Positions 1-9,726 of a stretch of DNA of 64,000 bases are shown piece by piece. The stretch's first letter is position 1, and every line of letters starts with the position of its first letter. A program made the translations under genes and the position numbers. Origin of the DNA: an uncultured Gammaproteobacteria bacterium (GTDB lineage Bacteria > Patescibacteriota > Microgenomatia > UBA8517); the NCBI GenBank assembly GCA_964583685.1, contig CAZOVJ010000001.1:4033-68032 (forward strand), written 5' to 3'. The notes beneath the pieces were generated by a model. It did not search any database, was not told the DNA's origin, and saw nothing but the letters and a program-made list of their open reading frames with translations.

Positions 1-1204
1 GGTTGATGGTAATGGGGAAATCTTTGTCCGCCGGGTTGAAATAAATAGTATCGTTTATCCGGCTTCGGGGGATGTAATCAAGAAGAATTTCGCAAAGGTC
101 TCCATGAGGGTCAATAACGGCTACGCCCCGGCCCTTTTTAAAATCATCAATGGCCATGTTAGCAATCAGAGTTGATTTGCCGGTTCCTGTTTTACCGATT
201 GACCAAATGTGTCGCCGCCGGTCTTGGTTTTTGACGCCAAAAATAGTTTCCCGGTTTTTAAACAGGGTTTTGGCAAAAAAGTTTATTCCCCTTTTGTCTT
301 CCTCGGTTACGTTTAAGGCAACCGGTAGATTGTCTGGGGGTTCGGATAAGACAGATGTTCCCCAGGTAATTGTCGGTGTTTGGATTTTTTCACTGGGTAA
401 GTGCCAGATGGTGGCCAACTCAAGGACATTGAGAATCTGATTACCAACAACTTTACGTTTTATTAAGTTTTTGTTTGCTGAACTTTTTTTAATAAAACCT
501 TTCTTTTTTCTGGTAAATGTATTACCATCAGCCCGGCTAAAAACGCCAAAAGCAGAATAAAGTTCGCTTAGGGTTTTTTTCGTATTTGCCGCTAGACGAA
601 CAGAGACCCTGAATCCTGGGTAAGAAATTTTTTCTTTTATTACATTTTCGTCCGAACGAGGGGAGTAAGTACCATCTTCATTTTTCACCCCTTTTTCAGC
701 ATACAGTTGGCCCTTTCTTTGCCAAGAGGTAGAGATTGACTGGAGGGCGTATTGGACCAGACCAATCTCGTCAGGACTTCCTTTTGAAAGAACAGAAAGG
801 ATAGAAGCAAGGGGGTCAACATCTTGGAAGTTACCAAAGGTTGCAAGTGGATAGTAATTTCCCTGTTTTAATTTAAGATTAATGACCTCTAATCCAGCGA
901 CTGGCTTAGTAACAGAAGGGCTGAGCGGGTCTTTGATTTTTTCAATAATGACCAAGGGATAATTGGATTGAATTTGGGTTTCAACAAAAGGGACTAAGTC
1001 AACATCGCAGGTTATTTGAAATCTGATTTGTTGGTTGATGAGCATGATTTCCAAGGCCAATGCTTGTGACTTATTGCCCAGAAGTTTTTGTAAGAAAGGG
1101 AGTTTGTTTATTTGGATTAGGGCAGACAAGAAGGTTTGACTGGCTTCGGGAGTTACCTCGGTATTCCGGGGAAGTTTGAGAACAAGGGTGGTTAAATTTT
1201 CCAT
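1..1204 (-). CDS. VirD4/TraG-like (HerA/FtsK superfamily) ATPase, N-terminal part; runs off the window's left edge
   Basis: Manual translation from ATG 1204 (MENLTTLVLKLPRN...). Same frame gives DRRRHIWSIGKTGTGKSTLIANMAIDD...GVAVIDPHGDL (Walker A plus DPHGD motif of coupling-protein-like ATPases). Absent from the ORF track because no stop lies in the window. Confidence 0.8.
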   Translation of the reverse strand, partial: MENLTTLVLKLPRNTEVTPEASQTFLSALIQINKLPFLQKLLGNKSQALALEIMLINQQIRFQITCDVDLVPFVETQIQSNYPLVIIEKIKDPLSPSVTKPVAGLEVINLKLKQGNYYPLATFGNFQDVDPLASILSVLSKGSPDEIGLVQYALQSISTSWQRKGQLYAEKGVKNEDGTYSPRSDENVIKEKISYPGFRVSVRLAANTKKTLSELYSAFGVFSRADGNTFTRKKKGFIKKSSANKNLIKRKVVGNQILNVLELATIWHLPSEKIQTPTITWGTSVLSEPPDNLPVALNVTEEDKRGINFFAKTLFKNRETIFGVKNQDRRRHIWSIGKTGTGKSTLIANMAIDDFKKGRGVAVIDPHGDLCEILLDYIPRSRINDTIYFNPADKDFPITIN

Positions 1205-1325
1205 ACTATTATTATATAAGCTCGTTTGGAGAAAAGGTAGAGAGTGATTCAGGCGGAGTCATCATTACACAGGGTGTAAGAGGAGGGCTCCGCCTGAGGT
1301 AGACACAAGACGCGCACAGTAGGAG

Positions 1326-1826
1326 CTATGGAAGACTCATCAAGTAGTTCCAGCCATTCCATCCTCCTTGATTGTTAGCAACGACACTGTAACTATCGAG
1401 TCGTAGTTCTTCTCTGAGCTGGCCGTTGACTCTTCCTGTACACTTAACCAGCGGCTGGCCCTTATCTTCATAAGGAAAGCTGGTGATCGCGACAGATTCT
1501 TTGGTACCGTCAATGTGACAGGCCCAAAGCACCATTCCCGGTCTAAGCTGCTTCGGCTCTCGGATTTGCTTGGGGCCGAAATTCGGACGCTCCTGAACAA
1601 TCGGAAGACTGCCAAAATTGATGATCTCATCTCTTATTAGCAGATTCCCGAGAGCTTTTTCAAGCTCATCAAGGTCGATGTTTCTTATTTTCCCCCATGG
1701 GTGTCTCCTAAGAAACTCTCCGAGCTCCGGACAAGATATCACCTGCTGGCTGATGTGCTCTGGCGAGTAGTCTTCTAAGCTTGGCACGGCTTTCTCCTGT
1801 TCTGGTAGTGAGTCTTGTTTGAGCAC
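1326..1826 (-). CDS. hypothetical protein (166 aa)
   Basis: ORF track; followed by a GC hairpin (TCAGGCGGAG...CTCCGCCTGA, ~1249-1297). No motif recognised. Confidence 0.55.
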   Translation of the reverse strand: MLKQDSLPEQEKAVPSLEDYSPEHISQQVISCPELGEFLRRHPWGKIRNIDLDELEKALGNLLIRDEIINFGSLPIVQERPNFGPKQIREPKQLRPGMVLWACHIDGTKESVAITSFPYEDKGQPLVKCTGRVNGQLREELRLDSYSVVANNQGGWNGWNYLMSLP

Positions 1827-1939
1827 AACCCGCTGCTGTGCTACCTTTTGTTAAAGGACTTTGGAATTTTCCGGAGGGTTCAGATTTGTTTTTATCCCTC
1901 CTACTTAAAGAAACGCAAATGTTTTCCGGAAAATCCAAG

Positions 1940-2013
1940 TGGGCCCGTCAGGACTCGAACCTGAGACCTCCAAATTATCAGTTTGGCGCTCTAACCATCT
2001 GAGCTACGGGCCC
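1940..2013 (-). tRNA. tRNA-Ile(GAT)
   Basis: Reverse complement GGGCCCGTAGCTCAGATGGTTAGAGCG-CCAAA-CTGATAA-TTTGG-AGGTCTCAGGTTCGAGTCCTGACGGGCCCA folds as a cloverleaf with anticodon GAT. Confidence 0.95.
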
Positions 2014-2072
2014 TAAACAATTGCCCCAAGTAAGAATAATTTACCACAAAACAGCCTCAAAAACAACACCTC

Positions 2073-2101
2073 TTGACGGAGTTTGTTCTAGTCTATATAA
2101 T
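2073..2101 (+). promoter_or_regulatory. sigma70 promoter of the tRNA-Ala/23S/5S transcript
   Basis: TTGACG (2073-2078), 17 bp spacer, TATAAT (2096-2101). Confidence 0.8.
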
Positions 2102-2306
2102 AATGTTTGCCTTTTGAGATACGCCTAGTCGGCGAGGGGCAAATTACTTAATGAGAAGCGCAAAATTAAATTATAAGCGAAACGAGCTCACGCGTTTGCG
2201 TGGGTAGAGAGCGCTAAATTTTTTAGGTAACCAGCCAATCTGCTGACAGGCAGGCTAGCCTGGGCTAGCGAGTCTAGGCAGACCTCAAGGGCTGGTTAAT
2301 TTTTTT

Positions 2307-2381
2307 GGGCCGATAGCTCAGCTGGATTAGAGCATCCGCCTTGCACGCGGAGGGTCGGGAGTTCGAATCTCCCTCGGTCCA
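2307..2381 (+). tRNA. tRNA-Ala(TGC)
   Basis: Cloverleaf GGGCCGA...TCGGTCCA with G3:U70, anticodon loop CTTGCAC, T-loop TTCGAAT. Confidence 0.95.
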
Positions 2382-2400
2382 CAATAATTGAAAGATTGTT

Positions 2401-2426
2401 TTGCTCTTTGACATCTGAAGAGAAAG
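2401..2426 (+). other. 5' strand of the 23S processing stem (pairs with 7037-7061)
   Basis: TTGCTCTTTGACATCTGAAGAGAAAG is largely complementary to CTTTCTCTTCAGATTCAAGGAGCAA downstream of the 23S; typical RNase III stem. Confidence 0.75.
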
Positions 2427-3688
2427 TCTACTTGCGCAGGCTTGCCTGCGTAGGTAGGTAGGTCGCAAATTTTATTAACGCAGACAGTGGATGACTTGGT
2501 CTTGTCCACCGAAGAAGGACGTACATGACGGCGAAACTCGTCGGGGAGGAGTCACGATCCTGTGATCCGGCGGTATCCGAATGGGGAAACCCATCCCGCT
2601 TCATAGCGGGATACCCTGTGGTAAAAATCTCGATTTATCGGGACATAGCTACAGGAGAGGGAACCTGGGGAACTGAAACATCTAAGTACCTAGAGGAAAA
2701 GAAATCAATAGAGATTCCGTTAGTAGCGGCGAGCGAAAACGGAAGAGCCTAAACCCTGTGCTTTGCACAGGAATGATGAATAGCCAATGATAAATGGCCA
2801 ATGTATGAAAAGCCTAAATGTTTTTGAGGATTGTATCTAGTACATTCCATTTAGCATTTGGCATTTATAATTTGTCATTCCCGCGCAGAGCGTGGGGGGT
2901 TGTGGGACTTCAAGATAAGAGTTATCGCGATAGCAGAATGACTTGGAATAGTCAACCAAAGAAAGTGAAAGTCTTGTAAGCGAAATCAAGGTAACCTTTA
3001 GAAGTATCCCAAGTACCACGGTGTAGATACTCTGTGGGAATCTGGGGGGACCATCCTCCAAGGCTAAATATGAGACAAGAACCGATAGCGCACTAGTACC
3101 GTGAGGGAAAGCTGAAAAGAAGGGCGAGACGCCCAGTGAAATAGAACCTGAAACTGTTTGCGGACAAGCCGAGAGAGTCCCGCACTGCGGGATGATCTCG
3201 TGCCTATTGAAGAATGAACCGGCGAGTGTCCGATGTTTGCATAGATTAACTCCGATAAATTGGAGGTAGTCGTAGGGAAACCGAGTCTGAATAGGGCGAT
3301 TAGTAAGTATTGGACGACCCGAAACCGGGCGAGCTAACCATGGGCAGGGTGAAATCCCGCGAAAGCGGGATGGAGGCCCGAACCCGTGTAGGTTGCAATC
3401 TGCTGGGATGACCTGTGGTTAGAGGTAATATGCCAATCGAGCCCGGAGATAGCTGGTTCTCCCCGAAAGGTCTATAGGGACCGTGCCCCGCAAAAACATC
3501 TTGGGGGTAGAGCACTGAATGGGCCATCGAGCGTAAGCGAGATGTTTCAATCAAACTCCGAATACCAAGATGGTACGTTGGGTAGACAGCCATATCGGGA
3601 TAAGCTGATATGACGAGAGGGAAACAACCCAGATTTTCGTCTAAGGCCTCTAAATTTACCTTAAGTTTGAAAGGAAGTCTTTTTTCGT

Positions 3689-3725
<37 letters not shown>

Positions 3726-4636
3726 TAAAGAAAGCGTAACAGCTCACTGGTCGATTATCCCGCTTAGCGGGATAGAGAAAGGGCGCCGAAAATTTATCGA
3801 GGATTAAAGGTAATGCCGAAGACAAAAATTCTCCGATTTTATCGGAGGGTGGTAGGGGAGCGCTCCGGCGACGGTGAAGGTCAAGCGGAAGCGAGGCTGG
3901 AGTCCGCCGGAGGTGAGAATGCCGGTATGAGTAGCGTACAACTCCGATGAGAATTCGGAGCGCCGAATGCCCAAGGTTTCCCCCGCTATGTTCGTCAACG
4001 GGGGGTTAGTCGGCACCTAAGGTAAGTCCCGATTTATATTGGGAGTAGTCGATGGACAAACGGTTAAAATTCCGTTACTTGTTTTGGATCGTCAACCTCG
4101 TGCTTTGCATGAGTAACTGGGGGTTGACTGGATAGGATAGCTAGAGCCAGGAGTTGAAGCTTGGTGTAAGCTGCAAAGTAGGGTCAGTTGGAAAATCCGC
4201 TGAAACGATTAATTGAGCAGTGATGCAAAATCCTAAGAGATTAGGGTGATTCTAGTGTGTTCAATCTACAAGAAAAGGCTCGCAGTGAGATCCAAAATAA
4301 GCCGTACCGCAAACCGACACAGGTGGGCTGGTAGAGAATACTAAGGCGAGCGAGAGAAGGATGCTTAAGGAACTCGGCAAACAAGCTACCCGTAACTTCG
4401 GGAGATGGGTTGCCCCGCTTAGCGGGGTCGCAGCGAAAGTTTGCTAGTCGGCTGTTTATCAAAAACACAGGTCCATGCAAAAGCGTAAGCTAAGGTATAT
4501 GGGCTGACGCCTGCCCAGTGCCGGTAAGTTAAAGGGAGGGGTTCCCCGACTTTGTCGGGATGGCTCTGAACCGAAGCTCCGGTAAACGGCAGCAATAACT
4601 ATAATTGTTCTACGGTAGCGAAGTCCCTTGTCGGGT

Positions 4637-5348
4637 AAACCAATCGGAATTTGCCCGAATATTGTGGCGACGCAATAATAGTAAACTGGCTAATATCGGT
4701 GAAAGCTAAATCTGTGCTACCATTTAATTACAGACATGCCAATACCGAGGGAACCCCCGCTTAGCGGGGGACTCCGTAACGACTGATCCGAAAGGTGAGG
4801 TCCCGATTTAATCGGGACAATACGCCAGCCCTTGTTTTGATATAATAAGCTATGGAGTTTACTTCGTATTTAACTGGGTTTGTAGATGGTGAAGGAACTT
4901 TTTCAGTTTCCTTTAACTATCGATCCAAGCTCAAAACTAATATCGAGGTAAGACCTAGTTTTTCTGTTTCTCAACACAAGAGAAATCTGAAAGTTTTAAG
5001 AGAAATTAGGGAATATTTTGGAGTAGGGGGAATCCGTTTTTCTAAGCGAGATCAAAACTACAAATATGAGGTTAGGTCCATTAAGGATCTAGTTACAAAG
5101 ATTATTCCTCATTTTGAAAAGTTTCCCCTTAGGACAAACAAACAAAAAGATTTTGAGCTTTTTGTTGATATTTGTAAGATGATATCTGCAAATTACCATT
5201 TAAATTCTTTGTATTTAGCCCGGATTATTGATAAGGCTTATAAAATGAATGAAAGTGGAAAACGCAGATACAAAAAACGCAAGCTCCTAAGGCTTATGGC
5301 AAGGTGAAGATATAGTCTAATCCATTGCGAAAGCAATCGGTAGAGTTG
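4637..5348 (+). mobile_element. group I intron at 23S position L1951
   Basis: Interrupts conserved GTCGGGT|AAGTTCCGAC after U1951 and ends in G. P1 guide TTGCCCGA. Core-like segments GACTGATCC and AAGATATAGTC. Confidence 0.9.
4852..5307 (+). CDS. single-motif LAGLIDADG homing endonuclease (intron L1951)
   Basis: YLTGFVDGEGTF motif; F-S-V-S-Q and IIPHFEKFPLRTNKQKDF segments typical of the family. Confidence 0.93.
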   Translation: MEFTSYLTGFVDGEGTFSVSFNYRSKLKTNIEVRPSFSVSQHKRNLKVLREIREYFGVGGIRFSKRDQNYKYEVRSIKDLVTKIIPHFEKFPLRTNKQKDFELFVDICKMISANYHLNSLYLARIIDKAYKMNESGKRRYKKRKLLRLMAR

Positions 5349-5979
5349 AAGTTCCGACCCGCACGAAAGGCGTCACGAACTAGCAACTGTCTTGAGCATT
5401 CACTCGGCGAAATTGCGATGGCTGTGAAGACGCGGCCTACTTGTACCAGGACGAAAAGACCCCGTGGAGCTTCACTGCAGTTTGACATTGCTTTCATACT
5501 TTTGAATTGTCAAGAATAGGAGGGAGTCCCGCTTTTGCGGGACGACAGTGTGATACCTCTCATTCAAGAGTGTGAGGCTTACTTGGGTCCGATGGAGACT
5601 CGGACAGGGAAAGTGTTAGATGGGCAGTTTTTCTGGGGCGGAACCCTGCTAAAAGGTAACGCAGGGGTACAAAGGTTGGCTTGGTCCGAATGGAAACCGG
5701 ACTGAAAGTATAAAGGTTTAAGCCAGCTTGACTGCGAGGCCGACGGGCCGAGCAGGTGCGAAAGCAGGTCTTAATGATCCTCCGATCCTCAATGGGTGAG
5801 GACGGAGCTTAACGGATAAAAGCTACCCCGGGGATAACAGAGTAGTCGCGCCCGAGAGTCCATATCGACGGCGCGGATCGCTACCTCGATGTCGGCTCAC
5901 CGCATCCTGGGGCCGGAGAAGGTCCCAAGGGTTGGTCTGTTCGCCCATTAAAGCGGTACGTGAGCTGGGTTCAGAACGT

Positions 5980-6727
5980 AAGTTACGTTGCGTTCTACAT
6001 CAGTAATGGTGTATGATGAAACCGACTAAAATCGGTGAAACCTAAGTCCGTTTTCCGAATGCGGATAAGGCAATACCGAGGGTAAGACAGAGGGTTGTTC
6101 TATGACAAAAGAAGAATTGGCTTACATTGCTGGTTTTTTAGATGGAGATGGTTGTATTATGCTTCAATTGATTTCTAGGCATGATTACAGGCTTGGGTAT
6201 CAGATAAGAGCAAGTATAGTTTTCTATCAAAAAACCAAGTACAGAAACTTTTTGGAGTGGTTAAAGAAGAAACTCAAGGACGGATATATACGGAACAGAA
6301 ACGATGGTATGAGTGAATATACCATTGTGGGTATATCTCCAGTAAGGGCGATATTAAAGCTTCTTTATCCATATTTGAGATTGAAAAAGAAACATGCAGA
6401 ACTTGCAGTTTCGGTTTTAGACCAAATGCCAAAAAGTGGTTGGCAGATGAAGCCAGAGCTTTTACTTAATTTATCTTATAAGGTAGACAAGTTTGCAAAA
6501 TTGAATTATTCAAAAAAGCGAACTAATACCTCTAAAAAAGTAAAGCAATTCTTGAAGTCACGAAACCTTCTGGATCCCGTAGAGACTGATCCGAAAGGAG
6601 AGATTCCGATTTAATCGGAATAATACGTCGGCTCCCGCTATTAGTTTTAGGGTATGGTTTTATAAACCTAAGCCCAAAAGCGGGATGAAGATATAGTCCA
6701 TGCCACACGAAAGTGGGGAATAACATG
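5980..6727 (+). mobile_element. group I intron at 23S position L2593
   Basis: Interrupts CAGAACGT|CGCGAGACAG after U2593 and ends in G. P1 guide GCGTTCT. Core-like segments GAGACTGATCC and AAGATATAGTCC. Confidence 0.9.
6102..6614 (+). CDS. LAGLIDADG homing endonuclease, I-CreI/I-MsoI-like (intron L2593)
   Basis: LAYIAGFLDGDGCI, FYQKT and LYPYLRLKKKHA motifs resemble I-CreI/I-MsoI, which occupy the same L2593 site. Confidence 0.93.
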   Translation: MTKEELAYIAGFLDGDGCIMLQLISRHDYRLGYQIRASIVFYQKTKYRNFLEWLKKKLKDGYIRNRNDGMSEYTIVGISPVRAILKLLYPYLRLKKKHAELAVSVLDQMPKSGWQMKPELLLNLSYKVDKFAKLNYSKKRTNTSKKVKQFLKSRNLLDPVETDPKGEIPI

Positions 6728-6868
6728 CGCGAGACAGTTCGGACTTTATCCGGTACAAGCGTAGAGTCTTGAGGAGAGCTGGCCTTAGTACGAGAGGACC
6801 AGGCTGGAGGAATCCCTAGTGTGCCGGTTGTCATGTCAATGGCAACGCCGGGTAGCTACATTCCTTAA

Positions 6869-6905
<37 letters not shown>

Positions 6906-7063
6906 CCAAGATAAGGACTCATCCCCGCTCAGCGGGGGAAGACCCCTGGGAGACTACCAGGTTAATCGGCAGGCGGTGGAAGTCCCGTAAGGGATTAAGC
7001 CTACCTGTGCGAATAGGTCGAAAGATTTTGCGAGCTCTTTCTCTTCAGATTCAAGGAGCAAAG

Positions 7064-7205
7064 TGCCCTGGTGATTAGAGCGGTGTGGAACTACTCTTAT
7101 CCCGTCTCGATTCGTCGAAGCGGGCTATTCCGAACAAGGCAGTAAAACGCACCAGCGCCGACGATAGTGCTTCTCGGAGTGCGAAAATAGGTCATTGCCA
7201 GGGCA
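7064..7205 (+). rRNA. rrf: 5S rRNA with a ~24-nt hairpin insertion
   Basis: Terminal helix TGCCCTGG/CCAGGGCA, ATTCCGAAC and GCGCCGACGATAGT motifs; ~142 nt. Confidence 0.9.
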
Positions 7206-7279
7206 ATTTTTATGGACTATAATTTTTACACTTAAAATAAAAGAAAGGTGGTCCCCGTAGAGCGGGGTAGATATGAAAT

Positions 7280-8413
7280 TTGGCATCAAAAAAGAAACCC
7301 TCTAAAAAAACTTCAAAACTTAAACCAACAACAATGAGAGAGTTGTTGGCAAAAACAGGTTACAAAGTTAAAAGATTTGTTCCCGGGGAAAAAATAGATG
7401 CAAAGTTTATAAAACTTAACGGAAAATCGGCATCTTTCGATATAGGTGGGAAGAGCGAAGGAGTTGTATCCGATATTTATTTTGAAGAAGTGAGGGATTT
7501 TATCAAATCTTTAAAATCAGGAGATATTCTTAAGGCCACAGTTATTGATCCAGAGGCGGCTGACGGAAGTATCCTTCTTTCTTTACGACAAATTGCTTTG
7601 GAAAGTAGTTGGGAAAAACTGCAAAGAGCAAAAAAAAATAATTTGCCTGTTTCAGTCATGGTTAAAAGTCTAAGTAGAGCAGGTCTTCTGGTTGATGCCT
7701 ATTCTATAGACGGTTTTATTCCCATTTCCCAGCTTGGCAAAAAAGCAGGGCTAAACTCAGAAAAGCTTATTGGCAAGCATCTACAAACAAAGATTATTGA
7801 TATGGATAGAGGTAGGAATAAACTGGTCCTTTCGGAAAAGGCGGTCTCAGAAGCGAACGAGCTGGGTTATTTACAAAAGGCAGCCAAGAAAATTATCGAG
7901 GGAGAGATTTACGACGGAGTGGTGACAGCAGTTAAGGATTTCGGCGCATTTGTGGAAGTTTCGGTGGAGATAAATAAGAGGAGGGTTAAGATGGAAGGAT
8001 TGGTACATATTTCTGAGCTTGCCTGGGAAAAAGTAGATAATCCAGCTGATGTTGTTTCTATAGGTGACAAGGTGAAGGTAAAAGCTATCGGCACAAGGGA
8101 TGGCAGGCCCGCCTCGGCCGGCAGACTGGCCTTTTCCATTAGGCAAGCCCAGAAGGATCCCTGGGAAGAAGTGGATAAAAAATATAAAGTGGACACAAAA
8201 GCAAAAGGAAAGATTGTTCGCAGGTCTGATTTTGGCATTTTTGTTCAACTTGAACCCGGAATTGAAGGCTTGGTCCACATGACTAAGATTCCTCCGGGAA
8301 CAAAACTTTCTCTTGGCCAGGAGCTTGATTGTTATGTTGAGGAGATAAATGCTAAAGAACATAGAATTTCATTGGGTCTGGTCCTTACGACAAAGCCAGT
8401 GGGATATAAATAA
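7280..8413 (+). CDS. rpsA: S1 RNA-binding domain protein (ribosomal protein S1-like)
   Basis: Repeated S1 motifs: DIGGKSEG, GFIPISQL, DFGAFVE...EGLVHISELAW, FGIFVQLEPGIEGLVH. Confidence 0.85.
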   Translation: MASKKKPSKKTSKLKPTTMRELLAKTGYKVKRFVPGEKIDAKFIKLNGKSASFDIGGKSEGVVSDIYFEEVRDFIKSLKSGDILKATVIDPEAADGSILLSLRQIALESSWEKLQRAKKNNLPVSVMVKSLSRAGLLVDAYSIDGFIPISQLGKKAGLNSEKLIGKHLQTKIIDMDRGRNKLVLSEKAVSEANELGYLQKAAKKIIEGEIYDGVVTAVKDFGAFVEVSVEINKRRVKMEGLVHISELAWEKVDNPADVVSIGDKVKVKAIGTRDGRPASAGRLAFSIRQAQKDPWEEVDKKYKVDTKAKGKIVRRSDFGIFVQLEPGIEGLVHMTKIPPGTKLSLGQELDCYVEEINAKEHRISLGLVLTTKPVGYK

Positions 8414-9726
8414 TGACCAAGTCGTCCTTTGTTTGTCAGCAGTGTGGTTATTCCCAAGTAGGTTGGGCAGGAAGATGCCCGAATTGCGGCACTTGGGGAA
8501 GTCTAATAGAAACAGTTGTTCCAAAATCAAAAATCTCCCGCGGGGGGAAAAAACGAATTTCTAAAACCAGCAAGCCGATTTCGTTGGCTTCGATTCCTTC
8601 TAAAAAGACTTCACGGATTTTAACTAAAATTTCCGAGCTCGACCGGGTTTTGGGCGGTGGCCTGGTTGCCGGACAAGTAGTTCTCTTAGCCGGAGAGCCG
8701 GGAATTGGAAAGTCAACCCTTCTTTTAGAGGTGGCTAGTATGTTGGGCGACACCCTTTATGTCGCTGCTGAGGAATCAGTTGTTCAAATTAAATTAAGGG
8801 CGGACAGGCTCGGTATCAAGAAGAAAAGTATCAGGATATTGGAAGAGACGAATGTTGATGAGGTAATAGATCAAGTCTTGAATTTCAAGGAGCAGGGACT
8901 GAAGTTAATAGTTATCGATAGTATTCAGGCAATGAATACTTCTGATTTATCAGGCATGGCCGGCTCTGTCGGCCAGGTGCGGGAATGTAGTTATCGTCTT
9001 GTCCGTATGGCCAAGGCTGATAACATTCCTCTCTTTCTTGTTGGTCATGTTACCAAGGAGGGGACGGTGGCCGGACCGGCTGTTCTCAGCCACATTGTTG
9101 ACAGCGTTCTCTGGTTTGAGGGAGATAAAAATCTTACCTTCCGGCTTCTTAGAGCGGTGAAGAATCGTTTTGGTCCAACTGATGAGGTTGGCATCTTTAA
9201 TATGGAAGCCAAAGGCCTGATTCCTATTGAAGATACCAAAAATCTCTTTTTGAGCAAAAAAAAGAGGATGCTCTCAGGCTCGGTGGTAACTTCTGTCATG
9301 GAAGGTACTAGGCCGCTCTTGGTGGAAATCCAATCCCTGGTAGTACCCACAAAAATGGCCTTTCCCAGACGGGTTGTCAGGGGTCTTGATCCTAAAAGAG
9401 TAGAGCTGATTTTAGCTGTTCTCCAAAGAAGAATTGGCCTGGCTTTTCAGGATTATGATGTTTTTGTTAATGCTGTTGGAGGAATAGTGATTAAGGAACC
9501 GGCCGTTGATTTGGCGGTTGCCCTGTCTGTTGTTTCTTCTCTTTTTGATAAACCCTTGGCCAATAATCTTTTGGCAATTGGAGAAATAGGTTTACTGGGA
9601 GAGATTAGAGAGGTAATTGCCGAGGAGAAAAGGCTGAAAGAGGCAAAAAGATTGGGTTTTAGAACCTTTGTTACTCAGAAAGAAGTTAAATATCTAAATC
9701 AGGCAATAAAGAAATACCTAAAATAA
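8413..9726 (+). CDS. radA: DNA repair protein RadA/Sms
   Basis: CxxC...CPNC zinc finger, GEPGIGKST Walker A, KNRFG motif, Lon-like C-terminus. Confidence 0.97.
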   Translation: MTKSSFVCQQCGYSQVGWAGRCPNCGTWGSLIETVVPKSKISRGGKKRISKTSKPISLASIPSKKTSRILTKISELDRVLGGGLVAGQVVLLAGEPGIGKSTLLLEVASMLGDTLYVAAEESVVQIKLRADRLGIKKKSIRILEETNVDEVIDQVLNFKEQGLKLIVIDSIQAMNTSDLSGMAGSVGQVRECSYRLVRMAKADNIPLFLVGHVTKEGTVAGPAVLSHIVDSVLWFEGDKNLTFRLLRAVKNRFGPTDEVGIFNMEAKGLIPIEDTKNLFLSKKKRMLSGSVVTSVMEGTRPLLVEIQSLVVPTKMAFPRRVVRGLDPKRVELILAVLQRRIGLAFQDYDVFVNAVGGIVIKEPAVDLAVALSVVSSLFDKPLANNLLAIGEIGLLGEIREVIAEEKRLKEAKRLGFRTFVTQKEVKYLNQAIKKYLK

